A stretch of 63,993 bases of DNA, filler included, from Perkinsus olseni (Eukaryota): the NCBI GenBank assembly GCA_013115125.1. It is 11 parts of 11 records of this genome, joined end to end, with 100 filler letters (N's around TTAATTAATTAA, not from the genome) between each part and the next. Parts side by side here need not be neighbours in the genome. Positions count along the whole stretch, not along the records: positions 35,796 to 41,627 come from JABANN010001160.1; positions 41,728 to 47,547 come from JABANN010001161.1; positions 47,648 to 53,442 come from JABANN010001162.1; 8 more parts are not named here. One strand, written 5' to 3'. The position numbers and the translations under genes were made by a program. Below the pieces are notes generated by a model that did not search any database, was not told the origin of the DNA, and saw nothing but the letters and a program-made list of their open reading frames with translations. This document shows positions 36,035 through 49,269 of this stretch, in pieces. Numbering within the stretch: position 1 is the first letter of the stretch; each line of letters starts with the position of its first letter.

Positions 36035-38156
36035 CTAGGACGGAGGCGATCGGAGTCCTCGCATGTTCAAGTGACTCATTATACCACTACTACCGCTTAT
36101 GGCTGGAAGGTTGCGTAGGTCCCATGTGACGAAGTCCACAAACCTGCCAAATGTACCATGGTTCGACACAAGCCAGCGGTGGGAGCACATCAGCAGTACC
36201 AATGGCAACTCACATCGACCAATAACAGAATGTGTATATGTGACCGGTATCGAACTTATGGTTAGAAGAAACCTTTCCTGAGCATTACGGAGCAAATTAC
36301 TGCGTATGCAAGCTGATGAATACTATCGCAAATATTTACCATAGATCCCCCGATCGGACGTGATATCAGGTAGGTCCACCGCCTCGCAGTCACCAGACCC
36401 ACCACCGCTGCTGTGTTCTATCACCTGGATAAGAATCGGTTACCACTGAGAGTATTAGGTTACAGTGGTAGAGGTTGTTCCACGTTAGCTGCGAGCCCTG
36501 GAACCCCCCCCCCCCCCGTAGGACTCACCGTATCAGCGCTTGTGAGAGGGAAGAGGAAGTATGTCCGCTCTCCTTGCTGCGAGGTATTAGGAAAGTTGCC
36601 TACATTCATACAAGTCCAGAGCTCTTCGAGCAACATCGAGTGGTGCTTCACAAGAAGATGGATTGATGGTTGTTTCATCGGTGTACGGCTCCGAACATCC
36701 GGCCGTATACCTCCTGTACCCATACTACTTATAAGCCTCGACTCATGAGCCGCAGCCAATCGTGTTGATATTGACATGAGTATCCTAGCGGCTGAAAGTA
36801 GACTAACAGTTCGGCTCTTGTCGTCAGGCGAGTATCTTCCCTCACTTATCTTCGCCATGAATCCCAACTTCGGTGTTGGAGAGTAGCCCTCTATACCGAA
36901 GTACACATTGTCACCTGAAATACGCCTACAATAGGTGTCTCATCTCAAGAAGGATATAAGACAAGGCAGCAGTTCTACCACCCGGTGGTTCGAGAAATCT
37001 TCCCTGCCACCGCAATTCACAACGCCTGAGAAAGTGGATAGGTCGATAATCTTCTCGACCATCCCTCTCCGTAACGTCATACTACAACGTACACTCTAGG
37101 GCAGGTACTCATGAATTTTGAATATGGGAATTCACTGAACCTCTCATCAGCCGGACGATGGATAACCACCTGAGAACAGGACTACCAAGGACAGTGAGGA
37201 CTGTATTCTTGAACTACAAGCTCTCCTATGAAGTTATCATTTTGTATCGGTATAGCAGTAGTGGTATTGATACCTATCACGAGATGGACGTAATGTATAA
37301 CAATGATGCTTTGTACTCCTGAGTCAGGAGTCCTGACCTATTCGACTACTAGGAGAGGGCAATTGTCGGAGTAATTCCTCGTCCTCTGATGAACGGCTCA
37401 CATCATACCTGTACTCAGCAGATATAGCCCATTATGATGATATTCGGGATATCACTACAAGCCTGCATGCAGATCGAAGGAGCTGTCCCCTTGTGGAGGG
37501 AATACCATGTCCCGAGTGAAGCTGTGGTGAGCTCGGTTGGTGCTGGGCATCCGTCCTCCTTTTGCTAATGATCCTGAAGCTGTACCATTCACAATTGCAT
37601 GAGAGGACATGAGAACGGGAGAGTCATGTGTGGCGACTATGACGAGAAAAGTGAAGTAGCGGCTATGGTAGGCGCTCCTCCACTGGGATCACTACCTACC
37701 AATATCACGGCCATAGTGTGAACATGCTCTTGACCATGCTGCTATACTCCATGCCAGGATATGATGCTTCAAGGCCTCCCAAACAGGCCAGTACCGTGGT
37801 TGCGTTATTATGAACAGCGGTGACGATAAGTGCTGCATCGTGTCGCTTGATGCCATCGCAGTGGCAAGGGATGGTGATCGGAGAGTTTCCGATACACGGC
37901 TCCCCCAGAGGCCGAAAAAACCGCTGAAACAATGTGTTTCTGGACAAGTGCTTACGGCACGCAAACGATATGATATATCTCGAGCCCTTGAAAGCCGTCC
38001 TAGGCAGACCTGGTCCCACCACACACATTTCCACTTCACTCGTATTGCGTTTCGAGAATTCTTCTGTAAATAACTGAATCCTCGATCAATGATTGATTTC
38101 TCGAATGAAGAGTGCCAATGAGTGATTAAAGAGGATATGGGGAGGCCCTGGCTCAA
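36035..38156 (-). CDS. Multi-exon hypothetical protein; boundaries approximate
   Basis: Repeated short GT..AG-bounded, protein-like exons on the minus strand (e.g. DNVYFGIEGYSPTPKLGFMAKI, ARILMSISTRL, IHLLVKHHSMLLEELW). No family recognised. Confidence 0.4.
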
Positions 38157-38476
38157 AATACTAGTTCCGCTGGAGGGCTAGCGAGCCACCGTACCGACAA
38201 GATGGAAAAGGGTGGACAACGTTTCCCCCGGGAACACTGCGAAACCTTCGGTCATGATACATCAGCCAATCGCAGTTTGGATTCTTATGCTTCCCATGCT
38301 GCCTATGAAGACTACTGGAAGGAGTAATCTCCGAGCAAAAACAGATAGATGGTGATGGAGGAGTTTACGGATAGCTATCGTGGCACATTGGCCACGACGA
38401 ATGCTCAACAATACTCATCTCGGTATCACAGATAATACAGGGCCAATAGAGCTCTCCTCACATCACGGGAACAACT

Positions 38477-39815
38477 CTAAATCAGGGATACAGCGGCACA
38501 GCAATTGTCACGTGACCCTGACGAAACCGCAAGACTAACCTGAAGAGAGTGAGAAGCTATTTGAGAGCAACGGGTTCAGCAGAACAAAGCGGATTCTCAG
38601 GTACCCTCGCTTACCAGCTTCTCCGCGACATCTTCCTCGTTGATATGCATGGACACAAATGTAGCTACTTCCTCATCACCAAGGACGTCCCATACACCAT
38701 CACTGGCGGCAACGACTATCGAGCCCTGTACAACTTCTCTCTTTACACTAACACTCGGCTCCGAGATAACCCCATCATTCTTCAGACACCAATCTCCCAA
38801 TGCTCTGCTTACTGCCAATTGTCCGCCAACTCGACCGAATAGCACGACCCCTCCATTATTAACCACACGGTCCGTTTCAGCAGCATTAGAGGTGGGTCGA
38901 TGGTCCTGTGTCAGTCTCGTGAGGCGGCCGCTAGGAGCTACCAGTATAGCTCTGCTGTCACCAACATTAGCACAGATAACTGTACAACAATCCTTATTGG
39001 ACTTCTTATCCTTCTGTCTTTTGATGAGGAGCACTGTGGCAGTGAGACCATTCTGCCATGCACATGGGCGTAGCTCCTGGTCCATCCGTGCGAAGGCACC
39101 GATCATCGCTGCTTTGATAGACTTCCTCCTGCTCCCAGAGACACCAGGGGGGTGCCCTCTCATCTCATCGCCTATAATAGCCGGTAATTGATCCAAAACG
39201 ATATCGAGAGCTGTTCGGCTTCCACCATGGCCATCCAGAACGGCAACAAGAGCAGTCCGGGGGCCAAGAGGAGGAGCTGCCGATGGATGGAAAATGTGAG
39301 CATCCTCCATTGTCCGCCTGTGTGGGGCATTCTGAGTCTCATGGTACGAGAACATCTTCACAGGTTGTGGAACCTAGGGTGCAGAATGGCATACCATACC
39401 GGATCGAAGACCTCGAGACATCACAACGGCAATTCTGGGGAGGGACCGACAATCGTGACATCCTTACTTGGTGGTGGTCACCATTCACTGTTCGGGCGTG
39501 AGACGCCGACAGCTTCCTACCCACTACAGCCGCCGGAGGTAGTTTGTCATGCGGCTGTTCTCCTTCCAAGGACCCGTGGGGAGCGGCGTTGATCTCGTGC
39601 GCACGCCTTGTATCATCGCTCGGCGAATTCCCGTTCACTGAAGAGTTGGAATCGCTGAGAAGTTCTCTAACGGTCGCTGCTATTGGTGGAGCCGTGTAGC
39701 GTTCTCGTCCAGGTCGAGTTCGTGAGGATCGAGTCCTAGATCGTGGGGTTGGCTGATTGTAGGGCGACCACTGTTGCCGCTTGAACCTGCGATGTGTGTC
39801 AGTGTTGATGAGCAT
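38477..39815 (-). CDS. Protein phosphatase 2C (PPM family); N-terminal extent uncertain
   Basis: RRTMEDAH, VLDGHGG, ANVGDSRAIL, LTQDHRP, GQLAVSRALGD, ASDGVWDVL; last exon VSLAVSSGSRDNCCAAVSLI* after a GTAAG intron. Confidence 0.93.
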
Positions 39816-40142
39816 CGAGCGGTGGAATTCACGAAGTTACCCTCCTAGCGTTCGTAACGGAGGCCAATGTCTTCCCCGATCCCATGTTGTGGCCATATCC
39901 TTTTTCTTTGCCAGAGAGTAGCTCGTGATGTTCATAGCGTCCTCCACCGTCTGGTACGCGTCCTTACTTCTGTTACTACCGACTGCGGCTACACCGCGAG
40001 GATGACGAATTCTATCCAAGGGGCGGCCATACACGGGTGACACTGCGGCTTTCAGGGCCGATATCTTATCCGAGATAGGGCGTCGTGTAGACTGAGAGAG
40101 AGATATCCTCTCTCGAGTGTGGGGATATCTATCGTATGCATA

Positions 40143-40750
40143 CCTCCACAAATTCTTAGCATATCCGGTTTCTCTGCTCTTGCACTGTCGCCCGAACGAG
40201 TGCAATACTGCCACTCAAAGAGGTAGGTTCTTGTGATTCACAGAATATACCCTCCAACATTCAGAGCCGAACTCTTCGTAGTTAGAAACTTCAAAAGCCA
40301 TAAAATTTCCCCCCACAAACTCTTAGCATACACAGGTTGAAATCGCGCGCCATACTTCCAACTTGAACTCACAGATTCGCACCAATTCTAGTGCGAAACA
40401 TCGATAGAAGAAAGGTTTTTCATAAAGCTATCTGTCCGTGCTTGATCCCCATATTCGGAGGCATCCAGCCAAAACGGACCAGCATAGCAGATAACGACGG
40501 AAGCGCAGCGAAATAAGGTGTAAGACCTGTCATCTAGGAAGTCCTCAGAGTCCCGCAAGCAGGCTTATGGCTCCGAATATGGGGATCGAACATGGAAGTA
40601 CAGTTCACTACCTAAGAAGAGCTACACCCTAAACTCTGAGGGTATATCCTGTGAATCACAAGAACATACCTCCTTCAATGGCAGTATTGCACTCGTTCAG
40701 GCGACAGTGCGAGAGCGTAGAAGCCGGATATGCTGAGAATTGGTGAGGGG
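40143..40750. repeat. Long imperfect inverted repeat (foldback)
   Basis: 40143-40255 is the reverse complement of ~40638-40750; inner arms 40436-40470 and 40567-40597. Confidence 0.85.
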
Positions 40751-42289
40751 TGTATTCCCGCATCCTACATGCTGCGATGACTCTCTCGTCCCATCCCTCT
40801 GCATGAAGGCACGTACCTTGCTACTGATGCGGGCCCTGTGCTCATCCGCCGTCACTATGTCAGCGGGTATTTCGAAAGCAGCCCTCGAGGATTTCACAGC
40901 AGCAACTGTAGCAGCAGGTCGGCTTTGCCGACCACTGACGCGGCGGCTCCTCGCTTGTTCTTGTTGGTGTTCGTAACTACACGAGTGGTGGGTGGCATGG
41001 CGGCCATCTCCACCTCACTGCGGATGTTTGTGGTGTCGGTCGAACTGCCACTGCGTAACCAGACCGTTCAGCTCTTTGAAGTCCGCTCGAGCTGCGGCGA
41101 TGATGGGATTGAGGGTGCCCGGACACTCCTCATACATACTTCCTTCAATGGATGGGATAGCTGCACCGCTAGAAGAGGGAGATCTGACCATCTGCCCAAT
41201 GAGGCTAATCGATCGACCGGGAATGAACGGGAACGTACCCCCGGGAGCGGTTGACATAACCACACCTCGACCAACACAAGGCATACACGTTAAAATTGCG
41301 AAGCTCAAGCTTGTTAATAGTAATCGGGAGGAGACGACTGAAGTGGCCACAGACATTGATGTGGCTTATTCCCGAGGCGTGTGATAACGAGAAGAAGACA
41401 ATAATAGAATATACATCAGTGATGTGAGCTGGCTCGAGCCAGCTGTTGGCTCACTCCTTAGAGAGTGTTGCAGCTTGGACCGACGTCTCGAAGACGAAAG
41501 CCCCAAAGCTCCCTTACATGTTACGATCACCGCATTCACGCGACTGAAAGAATAAATCGGAATAGTACTGTTCAAAAAGACGACTTTCGACGATGAGGAG
41601 ATTCGCAGGAAGGGGAGACGGACGCTCNNNNNNNNNNNNNNNNNNNNNNNNNNNNNNNNNNNNNNNNNNNNTTAATTAATTAANNNNNNNNNNNNNNNNN
41701 NNNNNNNNNNNNNNNNNNNNNNNNNNNTTTGTAAAGCACACCCATGAGATTCGTTTTTCCCATTCGCTCCTCATTGAGGGTTCCTCAACCTTGGTCTTCA
41801 TACTTCAATTGCTACACTTGCTGACTCTACGACCAACGCTGCCGGTAGAATACACTTTTATGGGTCTACCAGTAACAGTGGAACGCGCTACCATACCAAG
41901 GGCGCCTCCTTAACCCTTCGTGAAAATCTTGGCTTTTATCTCAGTTATGTACCGCACCATCCAAGGCCTTTTCGTGATAGCCCTCGTCTACTTAGTTTAC
42001 AAAGCCTTCCGTACGGATGACGAGGATGTGAGAACGTGGGCTTAGCGCTCGCCCGGCTGATCGATTTGGCATTTAGGTTCTGAGGTTCCGAATGCGGGTA
42101 GGGGCAGTATTGGCCGCCGTTGTTTTCTGTTTGATCAACTTTTTCATGAAAATGTCAAAACCGAAGGGCGACTGATGAAGAACGATGAGTTTTGTGTCGC
42201 ATCGATCATCTTGGCGCGCGCTATTGTCGCCTCAAAGATTGTTTCACCCGTGACCATCGTGGCTTGGTTGGTGAAGGAAGAGTATCTTC

Positions 42290-45200
42290 CGCGTGATTCG
42301 CTTGCTGACCGGTTTCGTAGTTGTCGTTGTTGAGCCTATGATACTCGTTCCCAACCAGTTCCGCTCAGCGTGTCGGGGGATGTGCGCTGTCGCAACGGCG
42401 GCCGAGACGACTTCGCATAAGGTGGGTTCCGGGGTGAGTTTGTATGTTTTATCAAGTACGGTGGTAGGCGAACACGTTTGGACTGACACAACCATCAATG
42501 ACGTGGTGAAGGAAGGGAGTCTTACTATCTGTATGTAGCTAATGCAAAGGATAACGCGCGCGCCACAGTAATCGATGTACTGCAATACAGTAGATCCCAG
42601 CGGCTCTATAAGATTCTCTCGTAACGTGGTAATACAGCAAGGACTAGTACGTCGTTCAACCGCCGCTAGGGAGACGGCAGAACCGTACACAAAGACAACA
42701 ATAGGAGAGTCGAATCTCATCATCCTGCTGCCTTACCGGTTCTCTGGGTCATGCGGGAACATTTGAAATCTTCTATCACCGTATCGACCTCAGGTGGTTG
42801 ACATCGAAGGGCTATTAGGTCATTTCAACTCCCATGTGGACATGGACATTAGGGGCTTGGAGGAAACGCTACAAGCACTTGGACGAGGGATGAAGAAGTC
42901 CCAAGTTCATGCAGTCTGTGGCGACGATCGATTCAGAAGGCTCCTGGCGACCATCGGAGCGCAGATTCCGGTAGGTGGTCTGAGGGCTTTGTACGGGGAG
43001 GAGTGGTTTATGATCTTTGGAGGGTAGCGGTTACCAGCAGTAGGGTGCGACAGACTCGCGTGTGGAGTTGATGAGTTGGCAGCGGCCACAACGAGGGAAC
43101 GTGCACCACAGTAGAATACTCATCCCGGGGCGTATGCTCTCCCTAAGGAGGATGCAGGGTGATACAGTATCATTAGCTTTGCTCCTGGCTGGGTTGGTAA
43201 TAGGGCATTGTAGCTTTGGCGGAGGGTATCTTAGGTCGAAGCATGCTCTGTGCAGTGACTCTGTGCTTCCAGTGGAAGCTTTGCAGGAATCGAACAGAAT
43301 AATTCTTTCTGGAGGGAGTGTCCCTAACAATGATGGTATTTTTAGGATTCGGACCACCGATCGTTGGTGGCCGTAGCAGCTGCCCTCAGTGCCATACCGA
43401 CCTCCTCGACACCAGAGATCATTGAACTGTGCCAAAGGATAACAGTAGCAGCAATAAAGAGACGGGAAGAGTTCAAGTAGTTATAATGCCGATGCCGAGG
43501 ATCGAACCTGTGCGGAATTAGACCCACGGCTTTGGCATCACTGGCACTTGGCTTGGCGTCTAGAGGCTCTAAGGACCCTTCCTTTATCGAAATGGTTAAG
43601 GAGGACACTCTCGCACAGATCGACGTGGGAGGGTGGAGGTCCGGACGTTTTCGTTCTAGTGGTCTTCCTCTCCTCATGCTTCCTGTTATGAGGCAGTAAG
43701 GCAGCCTTACTGAAGCTAACACTACTCCCTGGTGGGCTAGTCCTCCTTTCTCGAGCCTTGGTAGCCCCTGCGATATAGTGGGTATACATTACTCCGACTT
43801 GCTGATGCTGCTTCGAACTCTTGATGAATTATCTATACCACACGTTTCGTGAATCACTTCCTCGTGGATCGTTGGGGTAAGGGGTGGTATCGAAATCTGT
43901 TGGATCTCCTTTCACGGCTGGGATTAGTTTCGTGGGCTAATCATGGTGGAAAGGACCCCAANNNNNNNNNNNNNNNNNNNNNNNNNNNNNNNNNNNNNNN
44001 NNNNNNNNNNNNNNNNNNNNNNNNNNNNNNNNNNNNNNNNNNNNNNNNNNNNNNNNNNNAGGAGTTTTCACCATCAGAGTTGTGTTCTATCCTGGAGGCG
44101 CAGAGGAGGTGGGGTGTGCATGACAGGGATCTCACTGAGGCTGCTATTGAACGCCTCACGGATGAGATTGATCGGTACGCTCTCCTTTGGCATCCGGCTT
44201 CTTACCGTCCTGCAGGTTCACTGTTACTGACTTGGTAAGGACATTGGAAGTGATGGCTAGCCTGGGCTTAGCTAGGTAATGTAGATTTCGGCACTGCGGC
44301 AAAATCGAGCCAGCCGAGTCAGCTCCTCCTAGAGCTCTATGGCCCTCATTTGTCACGCGCCACGTTATTGTGTGAGATTCAGCGTGCTGCTTGATGAGAA
44401 CGTTTGCCATGGTCCCACATAATTTGGTGTTGAAGCTCTCACCCTACACTGGGTCGCGCGAGAGGTTGAAACGTCCTTCATTATACTCGCGAACGTCCGA
44501 TGGTTCCATGTCGCAGAGGGATGCTGCTACGGCGGCTATCGGCCCTGGCCCACGACCAGATACCGCAGTTTACTCCTCCACAATTGGTGGATATTCTCAA
44601 GAGTCTGTGCCAACTCCGGTACTGGGCAGTGGTGGTGGATGGCTGTGATGGTTTAGTGTAAGGTTCCTATCGACTGTGCAAATAGAGGGGATACTCGAGG
44701 GCTTGGGGGATATAAGGGAGGCATTGAAGACACCTAGACGGGTGAGCTCGGGTTACGCTAAGTCTGTGGTGAGACCTACACGGAGTTCCCAAAATTGGTC
44801 GACTGTCACCACTGATGAACGGCAGGGCTAAATCGGGCTGCATCGAAACATAGCGTCCTCGACTGCGAGTGGGGTCCCTCTATTGAGAGTCCTCTCGCTG
44901 CTCCTGATGGTGCTGAATGGGATGACTAATCAGTAACGCTTGGTGATTTATTGAAGTGAAAATCTTTCGGGGACGGAATTCGTGCAGGCCAGTACACTTC
45001 TATTGAGGGATTCGCTCTTGCTTTATCGAACCACGGATTGAGTTGTCGAGGGGCTCCTGTCGGTAGGCGAGGGTTTTCTCAGGTCAGTGAGGTATTCATG
45101 GCCTTGGTGTCGACTGAATATTACATCAGTCAAGAGCTGCGGGATAATCTGATGGATTACTACTCCCAGGTGAGCTATCCGATGATGTTCTCTCTTTTCT

Positions 45201-46730
45201 CTTATCGTTTACTACTATTTTCATAGTTGCGTGATGAAAGGCAAAATGAGAGGGTCCAGCTGGGCTCGTTGGTGGACATGGCATGGAGTATGTGCGCATC
45301 GTCTATTCACTCGGGTGGGTGGCAGGAAGCGCTCGGAATGCAATGATCTCCGGTTCGATTCCAGGGTCCGGCATGTAACTCATTTACGTATCCAGTAGAT
45401 AACCAGAAGGGAGCCCATAGTCTTGGTCAGTTTATAGTAGAGGTTTTCTTATTTTTGCCGTCGGTTGCATGCCAGAAAGCATCGTATGATCATTATCGGC
45501 TACTCCAGTCTGAATGAAGCGTGTCCCTCGACTGCTCATCCTCGGGGATGCCCAACTGCAACCGACTGTGTTCTCTGGGGAAATTGGATCAGTATTTTTA
45601 AGAATACGAACTCAAATGGACAGTGTAGCATATGAATATTTCGCCTTAAGTGAAGATTCTGCATCTAAGAACGTGGATATACATAGAGGGCGTTGATGAT
45701 TTATGTGTCTTCTGGGGTTGCCATCGCCAAGCGCCGTCGGAATCCGTCGTGAGACGTCCGCTTTTCTTACACTCTCATGATGACCCCGTGTGCCCTAGCT
45801 TCTTGCGTACTCAGATTCACTCTATGATATCGTGATACGAAACGTGATATTATTAGCATCCCATAACGTTTTTTTACGTTTTCAGATTTGCTGTATGATA
45901 TTGTGCAGGAGATTTATGAAGCGCCACCGCCTAGGAATAGGGACATACTAGCGAAGATGATCGAGGTTTGTGAATTATTGGGTATGTGGTATGGCTGTGC
46001 GGTTGGTCATAGGTCGACAAGGCGGTGGCTGTGGAGGGAAGGGTTACCGAGGCTCCCGAGGCGTGGCGGGCGGCGTTTGGAGAGGCCCAGAGAATGGAAA
46101 TTGAGAGGTGCCTGGGATTGAACCTCCGCGGGATCGTGGTCCTCTGCTTATGAATTCGCCTTTGCTTAGGACAGACAAATCTCGTCTACACTTCGAACTG
46201 CTGGATGCGTTGGACGCTCTTCGGGGTGCTCGTGGTCTCGACATCCGGTTGGATATCATGCGGAATAGGAAAATCGGTAGGGGGCTCCTGCCTGGTCGAA
46301 TGAATGCGATGGCGATGCTACCCAGGTGGGTATGTGGTGGACTTCTTCGACGAGAAAGCGAATTTAGTGATCGAAATTGACACCCTCAATAAGCCTACTC
46401 CATTGTAAGGAGCTTCCGCGCAGGTTCGATCCCGGGAACTTTCGTATTCTTATGCCGGCTCTTACCACTGGGCCACAGCCGCTCGCTTGTGACGGATCGC
46501 CTTTTGGCAACATGGGCTCTTCTAGGTTCATGAAGCACCGGCATCTACGTCTTCATCATAATTGCAGGACAGTGGCCATCAGCTATTGGTATCGGGCCTG
46601 AGCCGAGCGCAAACACAACTCCTTGCCTTCCTCAGGATATGGCGAAGACGGAACAGAACAGCCGAAGATCAGTCCATATTCTTGCGGACGCTTGTGAAGG
46701 AGGCCCTGCAGGTCGTTGACAGTTGACCAA
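42290..46730 (+). CDS. Multi-exon helical-repeat protein with C-terminal RAP-like domain; boundaries approximate
   Basis: Repeats such as FSPSELCSILEAQRRWGVHDRDLTEAAIERL, FTVTDLVRTLEVMASLG and PTALASLALGLASRG; C-terminal SRLHFELLDAL..SSRFMKHRHLRL..TVAISYW. Confidence 0.55.
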
Positions 46731-46887
46731 TCATGATTTCTGAGATGTTGTTTCTGAAGAGACTAATGTTGTTGTGTAGAAGCTGAAGTAATTGGTGCTC
46801 GTCTACAATGACCATAATCGATTGATCGCTGAAACGATTTTAGGGCGGGCGAGATTGTTGATGCACTGCCTTGGTCCGTATCTGGCT

Positions 46888-47152
46888 GGGTAGTTCCCAA
46901 ATTCCATGGGAGAGGTACAAAATCCAAGGAAGCGTTTTCGGGGATCTGGTTTACCTGGGCAACAGTTCGGGTTTCTGGTTGCCCTGGGTAACAGTTCCGG
47001 GATCGGGTTGCCCTGTCGGGTTTCGGGAGGGGTCTCTGGTTTCCCGTTCCTGCCTTCACTCTCAATTCGGCCTCTTTTCTGTCGCCTTTGCCTGCCTGTC
47101 GCACGCGCTTCCTTGGATTTTGTACCTTTCCCTTGGATTTTGTACTTCACCC
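46888..47152. mobile_element. MITE (~265 bp) with TIRs, flanked by a CTGGCT(GG) duplication
   Basis: Arms 46903-46934 and 47106-47137 (GGTACAAAATCCAAGGAAGCG / CGCTTCCTTGGATTTTGTACC); GGGT...ACCC termini; CTGGCTGG at 46882-46889 and 47153-47160; internal TGGTT..CCTGGG.AACAGTTC repeats. Confidence 0.8.
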
Positions 47153-47408
47153 CTGGCTGGTTTGTAGTGGTGAGATGAAGGCAAACCGAATGTACCCCGA
47201 CCAACAATCACCGAGAGTAGAATGGGGATTGTGAAACGGCAGTTTTGATGTCAAGGAGGAGAGAGTGAGTTTTGCAAACTGACAGCCATTCTCGCTGGTG
47301 GAAAGTGAGTCCTACAAATGCCCCGCCACGGCGCGCGCGCTGGTGCACGCCGCTCGAAAAGCAGTCTCCGACGCTATTCCCGTTCGCCGCCCTTCAGTCC
47401 ATGTTGTT

Positions 47409-47547
47409 ATGATGAAGTGGCAGCTCTACTCTGTTGTGATTCTGTCCATCCTTCTCGGTGGTCAGGCGTCTGCTGTCACACTGCGGGGGAAGTACTACAA
47501 AGGCTACCTGGGGAAATATTGCCACTCTAATTTTACTGTATCGGTCA
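47409..47547 (+). CDS. N-terminus of a secreted protein, partial
   Basis: MMKWQLYSVVILSILLGGQASA signal peptide at a contig end. Confidence 0.5.
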
Positions 47548-47647
47548 NNNNNNNNNNNNNNNNNNNNNNNNNNNNNNNNNNNNNNNNNNNNTTAATTAAT
47601 TAANNNNNNNNNNNNNNNNNNNNNNNNNNNNNNNNNNNNNNNNNNNN

Positions 47648-49269
47648 CATAGTAGTCAGTCGGTTGGCACTGGAAGGGACTTACCGTAGGCCGCTCAGAT
47701 TGACGGACTGGGAACTCAAGATTTGGAGGGTCATTAATCACCCGCTATGAATGATACGTCAGTGAGGACTATAGCTTGAAAACCGAGGAATAGATCAAGG
47801 AGTGTGGGATCGGACACGACGGAAATGTCGTGCCGAGCCGCCTTACGATCCTGAATCAGGATCCCTGATGAACCCAAACGTGTGGAATTTAACCCAGTGT
47901 TGCTTAACCTCAACATTTTCCTACTGAGCGATGTTTTTCAGGAGGGACATAAGGTTTTGTGAGAGCAACCTTGACCGCCTGCGCTACGTTCAGTCGACCG
48001 AAGTCGGCGATTCTGCGGCCAGAGCGATCAGTAAGATCGTCAATACCGACCAATAGGGACCTCCTGAAGTCAGCTCCGGAAAGACCCAAACCATACAAGA
48101 TAGCGGCTGCTCCGGTTACGTGAGGAACGGCTAAGGAGGTTCCGGAGAAATAGCCGTACTGATTGTTGGTCTTCGTCGTGAAGATCGTCTTTCCCGGGGC
48201 AGCGATCTCGACAAAGGGGGCGTAGTTACTGTGAGATGCAAGGCGACCCTTCCTATCACTGGAGGTTACACAAAGCATTTCAACGTGCTCCGTGCAGGCG
48301 CACGGGTACGTTTTACTGACGCTGATGTCAGAGCTGTCATTGGCGGCAGCGACCACAACGAGGTGTCCGAGTAGAGAGGCTCTTGTTACTGCGAGCTGCA
48401 ATGTAAGAGACTCATGATCGCCGCTATAAGAATGAGTCGATAAGTCTGCACCGTTGTCAAGAGCATAGTTCAAACCCCTGATGACTTCCGCGAAAGAACC
48501 ATCGGGGTGTGAGCCTATCACTTTTACCGGCATAATTTTCACCGGTGCGATACCGGCTACCACAATGCAATTATTCGTCACGGCGCCGAGTACACCAGCG
48601 ACGACGGTCCCATGCGCTTGAGCGTCACTAACATCACCATTATTATCGTAAACGTTGTAACCGTGGGAGCAGTTCTTGAACGAGAACATGTTACCAGCCA
48701 GGTCCTCATGGCGGAAGTCAACACCAGTGTCAATGACGGCTACGACGACTTCTCGCTGTGAGCGGCCCTCCAGCGCCTGCCACACCTCCTTCATGCCTAT
48801 CGAAGCTAGATTCCACCGATTTCCAGCATATTTATCATTCACACCGAGGGCCTCCTTGACACCTCCAAAATTCAGCTCCACTGCGTAGTTGGGCTCGCAT
48901 ATCAATCCTAACCTTAAAATCTCGGCAGCGTCAGCCTAGTATTGGCACATCTCTTCTCGAGTTGCATTGCAGTTCGCAGAGGCTGTGTTAGTGACTTGAA
49001 CTCCCAGAGTGGTCAAGCTGTCCACCGCAACCCTGTCAGACAAGCTGTCCACCGCAACCTTCTGCTCAGCGGAGCGCAATCGTCTGTTGCCGGTGNNNNN
49101 NNNNNNNNNNNNNNNNNNNNNNNNNNNNNNNNNNNNNNNNNNNNNNNNNNNNNNNNNNNNNNNNNNNNNNNNNNNNNNNNNNNNNNNNNNNNNCAATCGT
49201 CCGATCATCGGCAATGTCGGCCTTCGAGAGGGCTACGAGCGGCGAGACGAGGAATAGTGAGGGTAGCAT
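47648..49269 (-). CDS. Subtilisin-like serine protease (S8) with signal and propeptide; 3' exons may run off the contig
   Basis: Catalytic triad VAVIDTG / AHGTVVAG / FSGTSLAVPHVTG; oxyanion region AAAND; signal MLPSLFLVSPLVALSKA. Confidence 0.95.
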
